DNA of 64,000 nucleotides from a virus. The stretch lies in the IMG/VR virus record IMGVR_UViG_3300050343_000145, positions 3,217 through 67,216 of that record. One strand, given 5' to 3'. Numbering within the stretch: position 1 is the first letter of the stretch; each line of letters starts with the position of its first letter. Made by a program: the position numbers and the translations under genes. Under the pieces are notes generated by a model. It searched no databases. It was given only the letters and a program-made list of their open reading frames with translations, and was not told where the DNA came from. This document shows, one piece after another, positions 27,665-37,778 of this stretch.

Positions 27665-30190
27665 ATGGCAAATACTAAAGTAACAGGTGATTTAATAGCG
27701 AGCTCAACGATAGCTACAGGTAACATAGCGGATAACGCAGTTACTAGCGATAAAATAAGCGGGATTACAACAGCTCATATTACTGAAGGTGCTAACTTGT
27801 ATTATACTGATGCTAGAGCAGATGCTAGAGCTGCTTTATTAGTTGATTCAGCGCCTAGTACTTTAAATACATTGAACAAATTAGCTGCGGCGTTGGGTGA
27901 TGACCCTAATTTTGCTACAACAGTCACTAATTCAATAGCAACTAAATTGCCTCTTGCTGGGGGTACGTTAACTGGAGCACTGCAGGCTCAACCTTGGTTA
28001 TTTAGACAAATGTCTAATCAAGTTGAATATCACGTGTTGGACAACGGAAACCTAAACGGGCCTAGCTGGAAATTTAGGTACGATGGCACTACGTCCAATA
28101 GATATGTTGATTTTGGATTTAAAGATGGCGCGGGTAATTATGTTTCCGGTTTAAAACTACATAATAACTCAACTGTATCTTGGAGAGGGGCTGATATAAT
28201 AAATGGCAATGCTCAATGGGTAGGGGACATAAACACCTCAGCCTCTATACAAACTGGAGCAATTGAGGCTTCAGGAAATGTAACCGTAGGTAATAGTGGT
28301 AATATTAATATTCCAACTGCCTCTTCAGGAAATGCAAATTTACATTTTGATGGCACTGATTTTAAAATAACATCAAATTCATCTTCGGCTAATTTAAAGC
28401 TAGAAACAAATTCAACTACAAGATTAACTATAAATAACGCCGGAAATGTGACTTTAAATAGTGCAACTGATTTAGATTTTCAAGTAGCTGATTTTGCACA
28501 AATTAAATTTAGAGAATCTGGCGCTATAATGATTGATTCAGACAATAACCAATCAAGTAGAAACTTTTCTATAAAAGATGGTGATGGAACAAATTTATTA
28601 CTAATTACAGATACTGGAAATGCAACTTTTGCAGGTGAAGTATCTTTAAAATCAAGATTGAATTTACAGAGGTCAAGTGGTGGTGCAACAACTTTAATAC
28701 AATTTAAAAATGAAAATGGTGTAGATAGGGCACATATTGATTTTGGGGGGACAAATGAAGAATTAAGTTTTTTTTCAGGTTCAGGTGGCTCAGAACATAT
28801 GCGTATAGACGGTTCTGGAAACGTAGGAATTAATAATACAAACCCTTCAGCTTTTAATTCACTTGGGGGATTACAAACAGTTATAGGAAATGGAAGTGCA
28901 AATGCTAATTTAACTTTATATGGTGCATCTACAGATTATTCTCACGTTGCTTTTGCTGATTCAAGTACTTCAAGTTCAAGTGCTCAATACGCAGGATTAT
29001 TACAATATTATCACGTTGACAATAGTTTAAGAATTTATACTAATTCAATAGAAAGAATGCGCATTACAAGCGGTGGAGATATTCAAGTTCAAGGGGGAGA
29101 TATATTTTTAAACAGTGGAACAAATTATAATGACAAAGGTGTTGTTTATTTATCTAATGAAAGAACAGCAATAATTTCTGATATTGTAAATGCAACTGCT
29201 AATGGGGACACAAGTTTAGATTTTCAAACAAGAAAAGGTGGAACGAGAGCTTCGGCTATGTATATTGATGAATTTAGAAACGTAGGAATCGGGACGACAT
29301 CACCTAATTTTAAATTAAATGTTCATCGTTCTGATTCTACAAATACTACTATTGGAATAACTAATTCATCAACTGGGGATGCAAGATTGTATTTTGACGC
29401 CTCAAATGGCGATGGGGCTGGTAGTGATTATATGCAAATGGGGCAACAGAATGATCTATCAGGATTTATACAAATGGAACAAAGTGCAGGTTCGTTTAAT
29501 ATTAAAACTGGTCCAGGTGGCTCTGATAGATTAACTGTTTTGCAAGGCGGCAACGTAGGAATTGGAACGACTTCGCCTAATAATGGTAAACTAGAAGTTC
29601 AGCAAACCGCAATAACTCCTGCTCTATGGGTACAAACAGGAGGAACAACTGATACTTATTATATAGCAGATTTTAGAACAGGAACTAATGCTTCTGCTCT
29701 TGCTATAAAAGGTAATGGAAGAGTAGGCGTGGGAGAATCATCCCCAGCGGAAAAATTAGAAGTAAACGGTAATATAAAAGCTGGTGATACAACCGGTAAA
29801 TTTTTTACCAATGTATATACAGCTACCACAGCCTCTACTGCTGATACGTTTTCTAGTAGTGGCCCTGGTGTATGGGAATATATAATAAAAATGAATCCAA
29901 ACCCAGCCGGCTCGGGGTCATATACAGATTTTTATTATGGCAAATTAGGTATAGGTACAGGGTGGAATGGTAACGTAACAGATTACATTTGGTATCAAGA
30001 AGATCAAACAGCACCTAGAACTCTTTATCCTTCTGGTGGAGGTAATAAAACAATATCTTTTGTTATGGTTAGTGGAGGATCGGAAGTTACAAGTGTATCT
30101 CATGGAACAACTGTTACTATTAGAGTAAAAGGTTTTGGTGGTAATTCATATAATCAAAATATATCTATATTTTTCAGAAGGCTAGCATAA
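27665..30190 (+). CDS. Tail fibre 5
   Basis: 841 aa; same anchor and GNVGIGTTSP/ERMRI repeats; distinct C-terminal head. Confidence 0.88.
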   Translation: MANTKVTGDLIASSTIATGNIADNAVTSDKISGITTAHITEGANLYYTDARADARAALLVDSAPSTLNTLNKLAAALGDDPNFATTVTNSIATKLPLAGGTLTGALQAQPWLFRQMSNQVEYHVLDNGNLNGPSWKFRYDGTTSNRYVDFGFKDGAGNYVSGLKLHNNSTVSWRGADIINGNAQWVGDINTSASIQTGAIEASGNVTVGNSGNINIPTASSGNANLHFDGTDFKITSNSSSANLKLETNSTTRLTINNAGNVTLNSATDLDFQVADFAQIKFRESGAIMIDSDNNQSSRNFSIKDGDGTNLLLITDTGNATFAGEVSLKSRLNLQRSSGGATTLIQFKNENGVDRAHIDFGGTNEELSFFSGSGGSEHMRIDGSGNVGINNTNPSAFNSLGGLQTVIGNGSANANLTLYGASTDYSHVAFADSSTSSSSAQYAGLLQYYHVDNSLRIYTNSIERMRITSGGDIQVQGGDIFLNSGTNYNDKGVVYLSNERTAIISDIVNATANGDTSLDFQTRKGGTRASAMYIDEFRNVGIGTTSPNFKLNVHRSDSTNTTIGITNSSTGDARLYFDASNGDGAGSDYMQMGQQNDLSGFIQMEQSAGSFNIKTGPGGSDRLTVLQGGNVGIGTTSPNNGKLEVQQTAITPALWVQTGGTTDTYYIADFRTGTNASALAIKGNGRVGVGESSPAEKLEVNGNIKAGDTTGKFFTNVYTATTASTADTFSSSGPGVWEYIIKMNPNPAGSGSYTDFYYGKLGIGTGWNGNVTDYIWYQEDQTAPRTLYPSGGGNKTISFVMVSGGSEVTSVSHGTTVTIRVKGFGGNSYNQNISIFFRRLA

Positions 30191-30214
30191 ATAAATAAAT
30201 AAATAAATAAATAA
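30187..30214. repeat. (ATAA)7 microsatellite
   Basis: Seven perfect ATAA units between the fibre 5 stop and the next ATG. Confidence 0.9.
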
Positions 30215-30216
30215 AA

Positions 30217-30558
30217 ATGGCAATAACTTACAAATGGACAATTAATGCGTTAGACGCAAAAATTTCCCACGATAGCAAAGATAATGTTATCAACACAATT
30301 CACTGGGGATATTCAGCCTCAGAAGAACATGAAGCTGGTATGTATACGGCTTCATCTATAGGAACTCATCCCGTAGAATACGATGCAGACAACTTCACGG
30401 AATACGACAGTATACAAGAGGCTGATGTGATTGGTTGGTTAGAAAACGGGTTAGATGTAGACAGTATGAAAGCTAGTTTAGATTCACAAATTGAATTATT
30501 AAAGGCTCCAGTAAACATAACATTCCAAGTGCCTTTTGCTCCGTCTGCTGAAGAATAA
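30217..30558 (+). CDS. Small acidic tail-fibre-associated protein
   Basis: MAITYKWTI...VIGWLE...LDSQIE, a type commonly found after such fibres. Confidence 0.7.
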   Translation: MAITYKWTINALDAKISHDSKDNVINTIHWGYSASEEHEAGMYTASSIGTHPVEYDADNFTEYDSIQEADVIGWLENGLDVDSMKASLDSQIELLKAPVNITFQVPFAPSAEE

Positions 30559-30633
30559 TTAGAAATCAAGTAAAACAAGTGATAATAAATTATAACCCAA
30601 ACAATTAAATTAAATTTAAAAAAAATTAAAATT

Positions 30634-30891
30634 ATGGAAAACCAAAAACAAAAAATTACACCAGAACAATTAGAAGAATTACAAGGATTTGTAGGTAAGC
30701 TTAATAACGCTGCCTCGCAAATAGGTAACTTAGAATTAAAGAAACATCAGCTTAACCACGCTGCAGCAGAAGTTCAACAAGATTTGAATAAGTTGCAAGC
30801 TAAGCTAGAAGAGAAGTACGGCAAAATACAAATTAACATTGAAGACGGATCGTACGAGCCAATCAAAGAAGAAGATGAGTCTAGTTCGTAA
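30634..30891 (+). CDS. Coiled-coil hypothetical protein
   Basis: Heptad pattern ending LEEKYGKIQINIEDGSY. Confidence 0.8.
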   Translation: MENQKQKITPEQLEELQGFVGKLNNAASQIGNLELKKHQLNHAAAEVQQDLNKLQAKLEEKYGKIQINIEDGSYEPIKEEDESSS

Positions 30892-31093
30892 AATAAGTAT
30901 AGGTAGAGACTATAAGAACGACGCTATGCATTATGCGGTAGGCCAAGAAGTATATGGTGGCCATACAATATGCGACATAGTAGAAGGTGACGATAAGTTT
31001 TCTATTTATATTAAAAAAAAGAACGAAGTATTACCGTGGAAAGATTTTAATAAAAACATGGCCATAGCCGTGGAATACAACCTAGAATATTAA
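30875..31093 (+). CDS. Hypothetical protein
   Basis: Likely ATG at 30875 (MSLVRKISIGRDYKNDAMHYAVGQ). Confidence 0.8.
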   Translation: MSLVRKISIGRDYKNDAMHYAVGQEVYGGHTICDIVEGDDKFSIYIKKKNEVLPWKDFNKNMAIAVEYNLEY

Positions 31094-31677
31094 TGCAAAG
31101 TTTATTTAACTTTATAGTTAAACCTAAAAACGAAAGATACGATAATAAAAAATATATTGATGGTCAGGAACTACTGTTAAACACAGAAATTTCTGATCAC
31201 CGATATGTTAGTCGTAACGGTATAGTGACAGCAATACCTAAGTCACAGGAAACTGAAATACAAATTGATGATGAAGTTATTGTGCACCATAATGTTTTTA
31301 GAAGATGGTATGATGTAAGAGGTGTTGAAAAAAACAGCAGAAGCTACTATAAAGAAGATAAATACTTTATAACATCAGACCAAATATTTTTATACAAACG
31401 AAACAAAAATTGGCAAGCGCCTAAAGGATTTTGTTTTGTTAAACCAATTGAATCAAATAATATTATAGAAAAAGAAATGCCACTACGTGGTATTATAAAG
31501 TATGTTGATAAAGAACTTAAAGATATACAAAAAGAAGATTTAGTTGGTTTTACACCAAGCAGTGAATACGAATTTATTGTTGATGGTGAAAGATTGTATA
31601 GAGTACCAACTAATTCAATATCTATTAAGTATGAACGTAAAGGAACAGAAAGAGAATATAATCCAAGCTGGCTATGA
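31093..31677 (+). CDS. Tandem GroES-like protein
   Basis: Two Cpn10-like halves: FIVKP...GIVTAIP...IQIDDEVIVH and FVKP...GIIKYV...IQKEDLVGF...IVDGERLYRV. Confidence 0.6.
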   Translation: MQSLFNFIVKPKNERYDNKKYIDGQELLLNTEISDHRYVSRNGIVTAIPKSQETEIQIDDEVIVHHNVFRRWYDVRGVEKNSRSYYKEDKYFITSDQIFLYKRNKNWQAPKGFCFVKPIESNNIIEKEMPLRGIIKYVDKELKDIQKEDLVGFTPSSEYEFIVDGERLYRVPTNSISIKYERKGTEREYNPSWL

Positions 31678-31903
31678 TGCAGTTAAAGAACTTGTTAAAG
31701 TTGCAAAAGAACCGATTGTTGAAACTGATGATGATGTTTCAGCCGATCGACTCAAGAACGCTGCAGCCACTAAAAAGCTCGCAATATTCGATGCATTTGA
31801 GATTCTAAATAGAATTGAAATTGAAAAAGCATTGCTTGAAGGAAGAAATATAGAAGAGAAACCAGAGTCATTCAAAGGCTTTGCTGAAAGAAGGTCTAAG
31901 TAA
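31631..31903 (+). CDS. Probable terminase small subunit
   Basis: ATG at 31631; helical protein immediately upstream of the large subunit. Confidence 0.55.
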   Translation: MNVKEQKENIIQAGYDAVKELVKVAKEPIVETDDDVSADRLKNAAATKKLAIFDAFEILNRIEIEKALLEGRNIEEKPESFKGFAERRSK

Positions 31904-34113
31904 TGTACGAGCAGTCATTATATCGCGTTATAGAGCCTATAAAAATCAATACGATTAAAAGGCTTAATAAAACAAAAAAGTGGAAATACGGTTATAATAA
32001 AGAGCATGATGTAGTTGTTATAAGTAAAACCGGGCAGATAGGAGATGTGTATAGCATACAGAATTTAAAAATAGCATTACCTAAACAACCAAAAGAAATT
32101 TTTAATAGTAATAATAAATGGGAAGCACAAGAGTATCCCAAAGAGTTACAAAAATTAAAAACAATATTTGATTGGAAGGATTTACCAAGTAATTTTAAAG
32201 ACAAGTGGAATGTTTACATTGATAGAGAATTTACCAAACGCGAAGAAGGTTATTGGTTTTATAACAAAGGCAACCCTACTTATATCACTGGGTCTCATTA
32301 TATGTACTTGCAATGGACCAAGATTGATGTTGGGAAACCAGATTTTAGGGAAGCAAACAGATTATTCTTTTTATTCTGGGAAGCTTGCAAAGCAGACACA
32401 AGATGTTATGGAATGTGCTACCTTAAAAACAGACGGTCTGGTTTTTCATTCATGGCATCATCAGAAACTGTTAACCAAGCTACCATCTCTTCCGACTCTA
32501 GGTTTGGTATCTTGTCAAAATCAGGGGGTGATGCAAAAAAAATGTTCACAGATAAAGTTGTACCAATATCCGTTAACTACCCATTCTTTTTTAAACCAAT
32601 ACAAGACGGAATGGATAGACCAAAAACGGAATTGGCATATCGTGTTCCCGCAAGTAAGTTCACAAAGAAAAGTATTATTACAAACCAAAGAAACGAAGAG
32701 CTTGCTGGATTAGATACAACTATTGATTGGAAAAATACAGGTGATAACAGTTATGACGGGGAGAAGTTAGCATTACTAGTGCATGACGAAGCGGGAAAAT
32801 GGGAAAGACCTGAAAACATATTAAACAACTGGCGTGTAACTAAAACTACATTAAGGTTAGGTTCAAGAGTAATTGGTAAGTGTATGATGGGTTCAACAAG
32901 CAACTCATTAGACAAAGGTGGTGAAAACTTTAAAAAATTATACAATGACTCAAATGTTACAAAACGAAACCGTAATGGGCAGACTCGCTCAGGATTATAT
33001 AGTTTGTTCATACCTATGGAATGGAACTTCGAAGGATTCATTGATTCTTATGGAATACCTGTATTCGACACTCCCGAAGAGCCAGTTAAAGACAACTATG
33101 AGGAATACATTGACGTCGGGGTTATTGACCACTGGGAAAATGAAGTTGAAGGTTTAAAAGGAGATCAAGACGGTTTAAATGAATTTTATCGTCAATTTCC
33201 AAGAACTGAGGAGCACGCTTTCAGAGATGAAACTAAAAATAGTATATTTAATCTTGCTAAGATCTACGAGCAAATTGATTTTAACGACGACGCTACTGCG
33301 GCAGTTAATGTCACCACTGGATCTTTTTCTTGGCAAAATGGAGTTAAAGACACAAAAGTGCAATTTACACCAAATCCCAATGGAAGATTTAAAGTGAGTT
33401 GGGTGCCAAGTTTAAATTTACAAAATAGCATTATAAATAAAAATGGGTTTAAATATCCTGGAAACGAACATATGGGTGCGTTTGGATGTGATAGCTACGA
33501 CATATCGGGTACAACCGATGGCAAAGGTTCTAAAGGATCTTTACATGGCCTTACTAAGTTTAGTATGGAAGATGCGCCACCAAACCGATTTTTTTTAGAA
33601 TACATAGCTAGGCCACAAACCGCAGAAATGTTTTTTGAAGATGTTTTAATGGCATTAGTATTTTATGGCATGCCGTTATTATGTGAAAATAATAAACCTC
33701 GATTGTTATATTATTTAAAAAGAAGAGGATATAGAGGCTATTCAATGAATAGACCAGATAGAGCTTGGAATAAATTATCAACTACAGAAAAAGAAATAGG
33801 TGGTATACCAAACTCAAGTGAAGATATAAGGCAAGCGCACGCTGCCGCAATAGAAACGTATATAAATTCCCACGTTGGGATTAAATCCGACGGAACTTAT
33901 GGTGATGTATATTTTAATACTACATTAAACGATTGGGCTAAGTTTGACATAAACAAAAGAACAAAGTTTGATGCAGCAATAAGTTCAGGATTAGCAATTA
34001 TGGCATGCAACAGGCATTTATACCGCCCTCATGCCGAAAAACAAAAATCAAAAGTTAATATTAACTTTTCTCGATACGAAAATAAAGGAACTTTATCAAA
34101 AATAATAAAATAA
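31903..34113 (+). CDS. terL: Terminase large subunit
   Basis: Walker A-like KNRRSGFS, Walker B LLVHDEAGK, nuclease FGCDSY and C-terminal FDAAISSGLA. Confidence 0.92.
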   Translation: MYEQSLYRVIEPIKINTIKRLNKTKKWKYGYNKEHDVVVISKTGQIGDVYSIQNLKIALPKQPKEIFNSNNKWEAQEYPKELQKLKTIFDWKDLPSNFKDKWNVYIDREFTKREEGYWFYNKGNPTYITGSHYMYLQWTKIDVGKPDFREANRLFFLFWEACKADTRCYGMCYLKNRRSGFSFMASSETVNQATISSDSRFGILSKSGGDAKKMFTDKVVPISVNYPFFFKPIQDGMDRPKTELAYRVPASKFTKKSIITNQRNEELAGLDTTIDWKNTGDNSYDGEKLALLVHDEAGKWERPENILNNWRVTKTTLRLGSRVIGKCMMGSTSNSLDKGGENFKKLYNDSNVTKRNRNGQTRSGLYSLFIPMEWNFEGFIDSYGIPVFDTPEEPVKDNYEEYIDVGVIDHWENEVEGLKGDQDGLNEFYRQFPRTEEHAFRDETKNSIFNLAKIYEQIDFNDDATAAVNVTTGSFSWQNGVKDTKVQFTPNPNGRFKVSWVPSLNLQNSIINKNGFKYPGNEHMGAFGCDSYDISGTTDGKGSKGSLHGLTKFSMEDAPPNRFFLEYIARPQTAEMFFEDVLMALVFYGMPLLCENNKPRLLYYLKRRGYRGYSMNRPDRAWNKLSTTEKEIGGIPNSSEDIRQAHAAAIETYINSHVGIKSDGTYGDVYFNTTLNDWAKFDINKRTKFDAAISSGLAIMACNRHLYRPHAEKQKSKVNINFSRYENKGTLSKIIK

Positions 34114-34117
34114 AACT

Positions 34118-36490
34118 ATGGCTGAGTCCGTTTTAAAAAGTTACTTCCCAAGCCAAACAGCTAGCGACGACGAAAAACTATCACAAGATTATGGTCTGAA
34201 GGTAGCTAGAGCTATAGAAAATGAGTGGTTTAAAAAAGACAGAGGAGTCAACAGATTCTTTGTAAATCAAAACCAATATCATAAATTAAGATTGTATGCA
34301 AGGGGAGAACAAAGCATACAGAAATATAAAGATGAATTATCGATTAATGGTGATTTATCGTATTTAAATTTAGATTGGAAGCCAGTTCCTATTATACCTA
34401 AGTTTGTAGACATAGTTGTAAATGGCATTGCAGAAAGAACATACGATATAAAAGCATTCTCACAAGACCCTAACGGAGTTAATAAAAGAACGCAATATAT
34501 GGAGAGTATACTGGCTGACATGCGTACTAGAGAATTTAGTGATTACGTACAAGAAGAATTTGGGGTGAATATATACAATAACGCTCCCGAAATTTTACCT
34601 GAAAATGAGGAGGAGTTACAATTACACATGCAGCTTGATTACAAACAAGCTATAGAAATAGCAGAAGAGCAAGCGATACAAACTGTATTTAATCAAAATA
34701 GTTATGAAAATACAAAGAAAAGATTATTTTATGATTTAACAGTACTGGGTATTGGATGTGTTAAAAATAATTTTACACAATCTGAAGGCATTAAAATTGA
34801 GTATGTTGATCCTGCTAATATAGTACATTCGTATTCTGAATCACCGTATTTTGATGACATATATTATGTTGGTGAAATAAAAAATATAAATATTAACGAT
34901 CTTAAAATGCAATTTCCGAATCTTACAGATGAAGATTTGAAAAAAATCACAGATCAAGGCAGCCAAGATTACAATACTTATAATAAATATAATACACAAA
35001 TAAATAATAAAGACAATAACTCAGTTCAGATTATGTACTTTAATTACAAAACGTACATGAATGAAGTTTATAAAGTAAAACAGACGTCTACTGGTGCTGA
35101 AAAAATTATTAAAAAGTCGGATGCATTTATGGCCACACCTATTGAAGGTGAATTAAGGTTTGAACGCATTGCTAAAAACATAGAAGTATTATATGAGGGC
35201 GTATTTATTCCAGGATCAAATATATTATTAGAGTGGAAGCTTGCAGATAATATGCTCAGAGAAAAGAGTGATGTTAATAAAGTTAAATTAAATTACTCAT
35301 TAGTAGCGCCAAGAATGTACAATGGTAGAATTGAATCTTTAGTTAGTAGAGTTACAGGTTTTGCTGACATGATACAATTAACGCATTTAAAAATACAACA
35401 AGTACTTTCAAGAATGGTACCAGACGGTGTGTATTTAGACGCTGATGGGCTAGCCGAAATTGATTTAGGTAACGGTACAAATTATAATCCGCAAGAAGCA
35501 TTAAATATGTTTTTTCAAACAGGTTCTGTTATTGGAAGATCATTCACAGCTGAAGGGGATATGAACCCAGGCAAAGTACCTATTCAAGAAATAAGTAATA
35601 ATGCAGGGGCAAATAAATTAGCACAGTTAATCAGTACATATAATTATTATATGCAAATGATTAGAGATGCTACTGGATTGAATGAAGCAAGGGACGGAAG
35701 CACACCTGATAAAAACGCTTTAGTTGGAGTTCAAAAGCTTGCTGCTGCGAATAGTAACACAGCTACAAGACATATATTACAATCTGGGTTATTTTTAACA
35801 GCAGAAACTGCAGAAAAAATATCATTAAGAATATCCGATGTGCTAGAATATTCTCCAACAAGAAACGCATTTATACAAAGCATTGGTGCACACAACGTTG
35901 CGACATTGCAAGAATTAACCGAGTTACATCTTTACGATTTTGGTATATTTTTAGAATTATCTCCGGATGAAGAAGAAAAACAGATGCTTGAAAATAACAT
36001 TCAAGTTGCTATTGGCCAGCAAAATATTAATTTAGATGATGCTATTGATATTAGGCAAATTAAAAATATTAAATTAGCTAATCAACTTTTAAAGCTAAAA
36101 AGAAAAAAGAAATTAGAAAAAGATCAGCAAATGCAGCAGCAGAACATACAAGCCCAGGCGCAAGCTAACGCCCAGGCCCAACAAGTTGCAGCACAGGCTG
36201 AAGTTCAAAAACAACAAGCATTAACCCAAAGCAAAATTCAACTGGAGTCAGCGAAAAGTCAAATGGAATTGTCCAAATTAAAAGCTGAAAAAGAAATGAA
36301 AAAAGAGTTAATGCAGTTAGAATTCCAAATGAATATGCAATTGCAAGGTATGGCGCAACAAGCAACAAGCCAGCAATTACAAATAAAAGAAGACGCGAAA
36401 GCGCAAAAACAAACCGCTAAACCCTTTGAATCATCGGGTAATGATATATTAAGTGGCGGATTTGGCTTAGGTGCATTTGAACCTAAGTAA
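34118..36490 (+). CDS. Portal protein
   Basis: 790 aa after terL; VPIIPKFVDIVVNG, IRDATGLNEARDG, long Q-rich C-terminal coiled coil. Confidence 0.88.
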   Translation: MAESVLKSYFPSQTASDDEKLSQDYGLKVARAIENEWFKKDRGVNRFFVNQNQYHKLRLYARGEQSIQKYKDELSINGDLSYLNLDWKPVPIIPKFVDIVVNGIAERTYDIKAFSQDPNGVNKRTQYMESILADMRTREFSDYVQEEFGVNIYNNAPEILPENEEELQLHMQLDYKQAIEIAEEQAIQTVFNQNSYENTKKRLFYDLTVLGIGCVKNNFTQSEGIKIEYVDPANIVHSYSESPYFDDIYYVGEIKNININDLKMQFPNLTDEDLKKITDQGSQDYNTYNKYNTQINNKDNNSVQIMYFNYKTYMNEVYKVKQTSTGAEKIIKKSDAFMATPIEGELRFERIAKNIEVLYEGVFIPGSNILLEWKLADNMLREKSDVNKVKLNYSLVAPRMYNGRIESLVSRVTGFADMIQLTHLKIQQVLSRMVPDGVYLDADGLAEIDLGNGTNYNPQEALNMFFQTGSVIGRSFTAEGDMNPGKVPIQEISNNAGANKLAQLISTYNYYMQMIRDATGLNEARDGSTPDKNALVGVQKLAAANSNTATRHILQSGLFLTAETAEKISLRISDVLEYSPTRNAFIQSIGAHNVATLQELTELHLYDFGIFLELSPDEEEKQMLENNIQVAIGQQNINLDDAIDIRQIKNIKLANQLLKLKRKKKLEKDQQMQQQNIQAQAQANAQAQQVAAQAEVQKQQALTQSKIQLESAKSQMELSKLKAEKEMKKELMQLEFQMNMQLQGMAQQATSQQLQIKEDAKAQKQTAKPFESSGNDILSGGFGLGAFEPK

Positions 36491-36521
36491 TATATAATGT
36501 ATAATCATATAATATTTTATC

Positions 36522-37766
36522 ATGTCAGAAACAGTAAAAGTAAAAGTTTTAGATGCTGAAGAGCCATCTATACAAGAAAAAGAAGAAATTGTACAAAAGA
36601 ACGCTGGGTTCGATGAAGAATCAGGCGTGTACAAGGTGGATCTTTCAAAACCACCAGTAACTGAAGAGCAACCTAAAGAAGAAACAGATGCCGTTCAAGA
36701 GCAAAGCGCAGATGAGGTTCCTGTACAAGACGAACCCGAAACTAGCGAAAAAGTGGTCGAAGAAATACAAGACAAAGAACCTGCCGGAGAAAGTGATGCA
36801 GATGTGCGGGATACACAAGAAGAAGAGGTAGTATTAGAAGAGTTAACAGACGAACAACCTAACGAATCAACTAGTGTTGAAGAAGAACCGGTTGAAAAAG
36901 TTGTTGAGGTTGAAAAAGCTGAAGTTAAAGAAGAAATAGAGTATCCTGAAAATATTCAAGACTTGGTTAAGTTTATGAATGAAACAGGAGGAACTTTGGA
37001 AGATTATGTAGCGTTAAATAAAGATTATGAGAAATTTGAAGACATGTCTTTGCTACATGAGTATTACACTAAATCTAAACCTCATTTATCCGCAGATGAA
37101 ATTAACTTCTTGATAGAAGATAAATTTTCATTTGATGAAGAAATAGATGAGCCTAAAGATATTAAAAGAAAAAAATTAGCTTTTAAAGAGGAAGTTGCGC
37201 AAGCAAAAAACCATCTTGAATCACAAAAGTCTAGTTACTATAAAGAAATTAAAGCTGGATCAAGGTTAACACCTGAACAGCAAAAAGCAATGGACTTTTT
37301 CAATAGATACAATGAAGAAAGTGCAGAGCAAGAAAAAACAACACAATCTCAAAGAGAAGTGTTCGACAATAAAACTAAATCTTTTTTCAATAACCAATTC
37401 AAAGGTTTTGAATACAGTGTTGGCGACAAAAGATATAGATTTAACGTCAAAAATGTGAACGAGGTTAAAAATACTCAAAGCGACATCAATAATTTTGTCA
37501 AGAGGTTCTTGAATGAAAAAAATGAAATGAACGACGCTGCCGGTTATCATAAGTCTTTGTTTACTGCGATGAATGCCGACGCAATTGCAAATCACTTTTA
37601 TGAGCAAGGTAAATCAGACGCTATTAAAGAGTCTGTTAAATCTGCAAAAAACATCAAAATGGATCCTAGATCCAGCCATCAAGAAATTGAGGTAGGTGGT
37701 ATGAAAGCGAAAGTAATTAGTGGAGACAGTGCATCGGGTTTAAAATTAAAACTTAAAAATTATTAA
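36522..37766 (+). CDS. Capsid scaffolding protein
   Basis: Very acidic disordered N-half, helical C-half; lies between portal and capsid. Confidence 0.75.
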   Translation: MSETVKVKVLDAEEPSIQEKEEIVQKNAGFDEESGVYKVDLSKPPVTEEQPKEETDAVQEQSADEVPVQDEPETSEKVVEEIQDKEPAGESDADVRDTQEEEVVLEELTDEQPNESTSVEEEPVEKVVEVEKAEVKEEIEYPENIQDLVKFMNETGGTLEDYVALNKDYEKFEDMSLLHEYYTKSKPHLSADEINFLIEDKFSFDEEIDEPKDIKRKKLAFKEEVAQAKNHLESQKSSYYKEIKAGSRLTPEQQKAMDFFNRYNEESAEQEKTTQSQREVFDNKTKSFFNNQFKGFEYSVGDKRYRFNVKNVNEVKNTQSDINNFVKRFLNEKNEMNDAAGYHKSLFTAMNADAIANHFYEQGKSDAIKESVKSAKNIKMDPRSSHQEIEVGGMKAKVISGDSASGLKLKLKNY

Positions 37767-37778
37767 AAATTATTAAAA

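Noticed and set aside
21705-30190. Diversity-generating retroelement or invertible shufflon acting on fibres
   Set aside because: No reverse transcriptase, no template/variable repeat pair differing at adenines, no invertase or inverted cassettes seen in the window.
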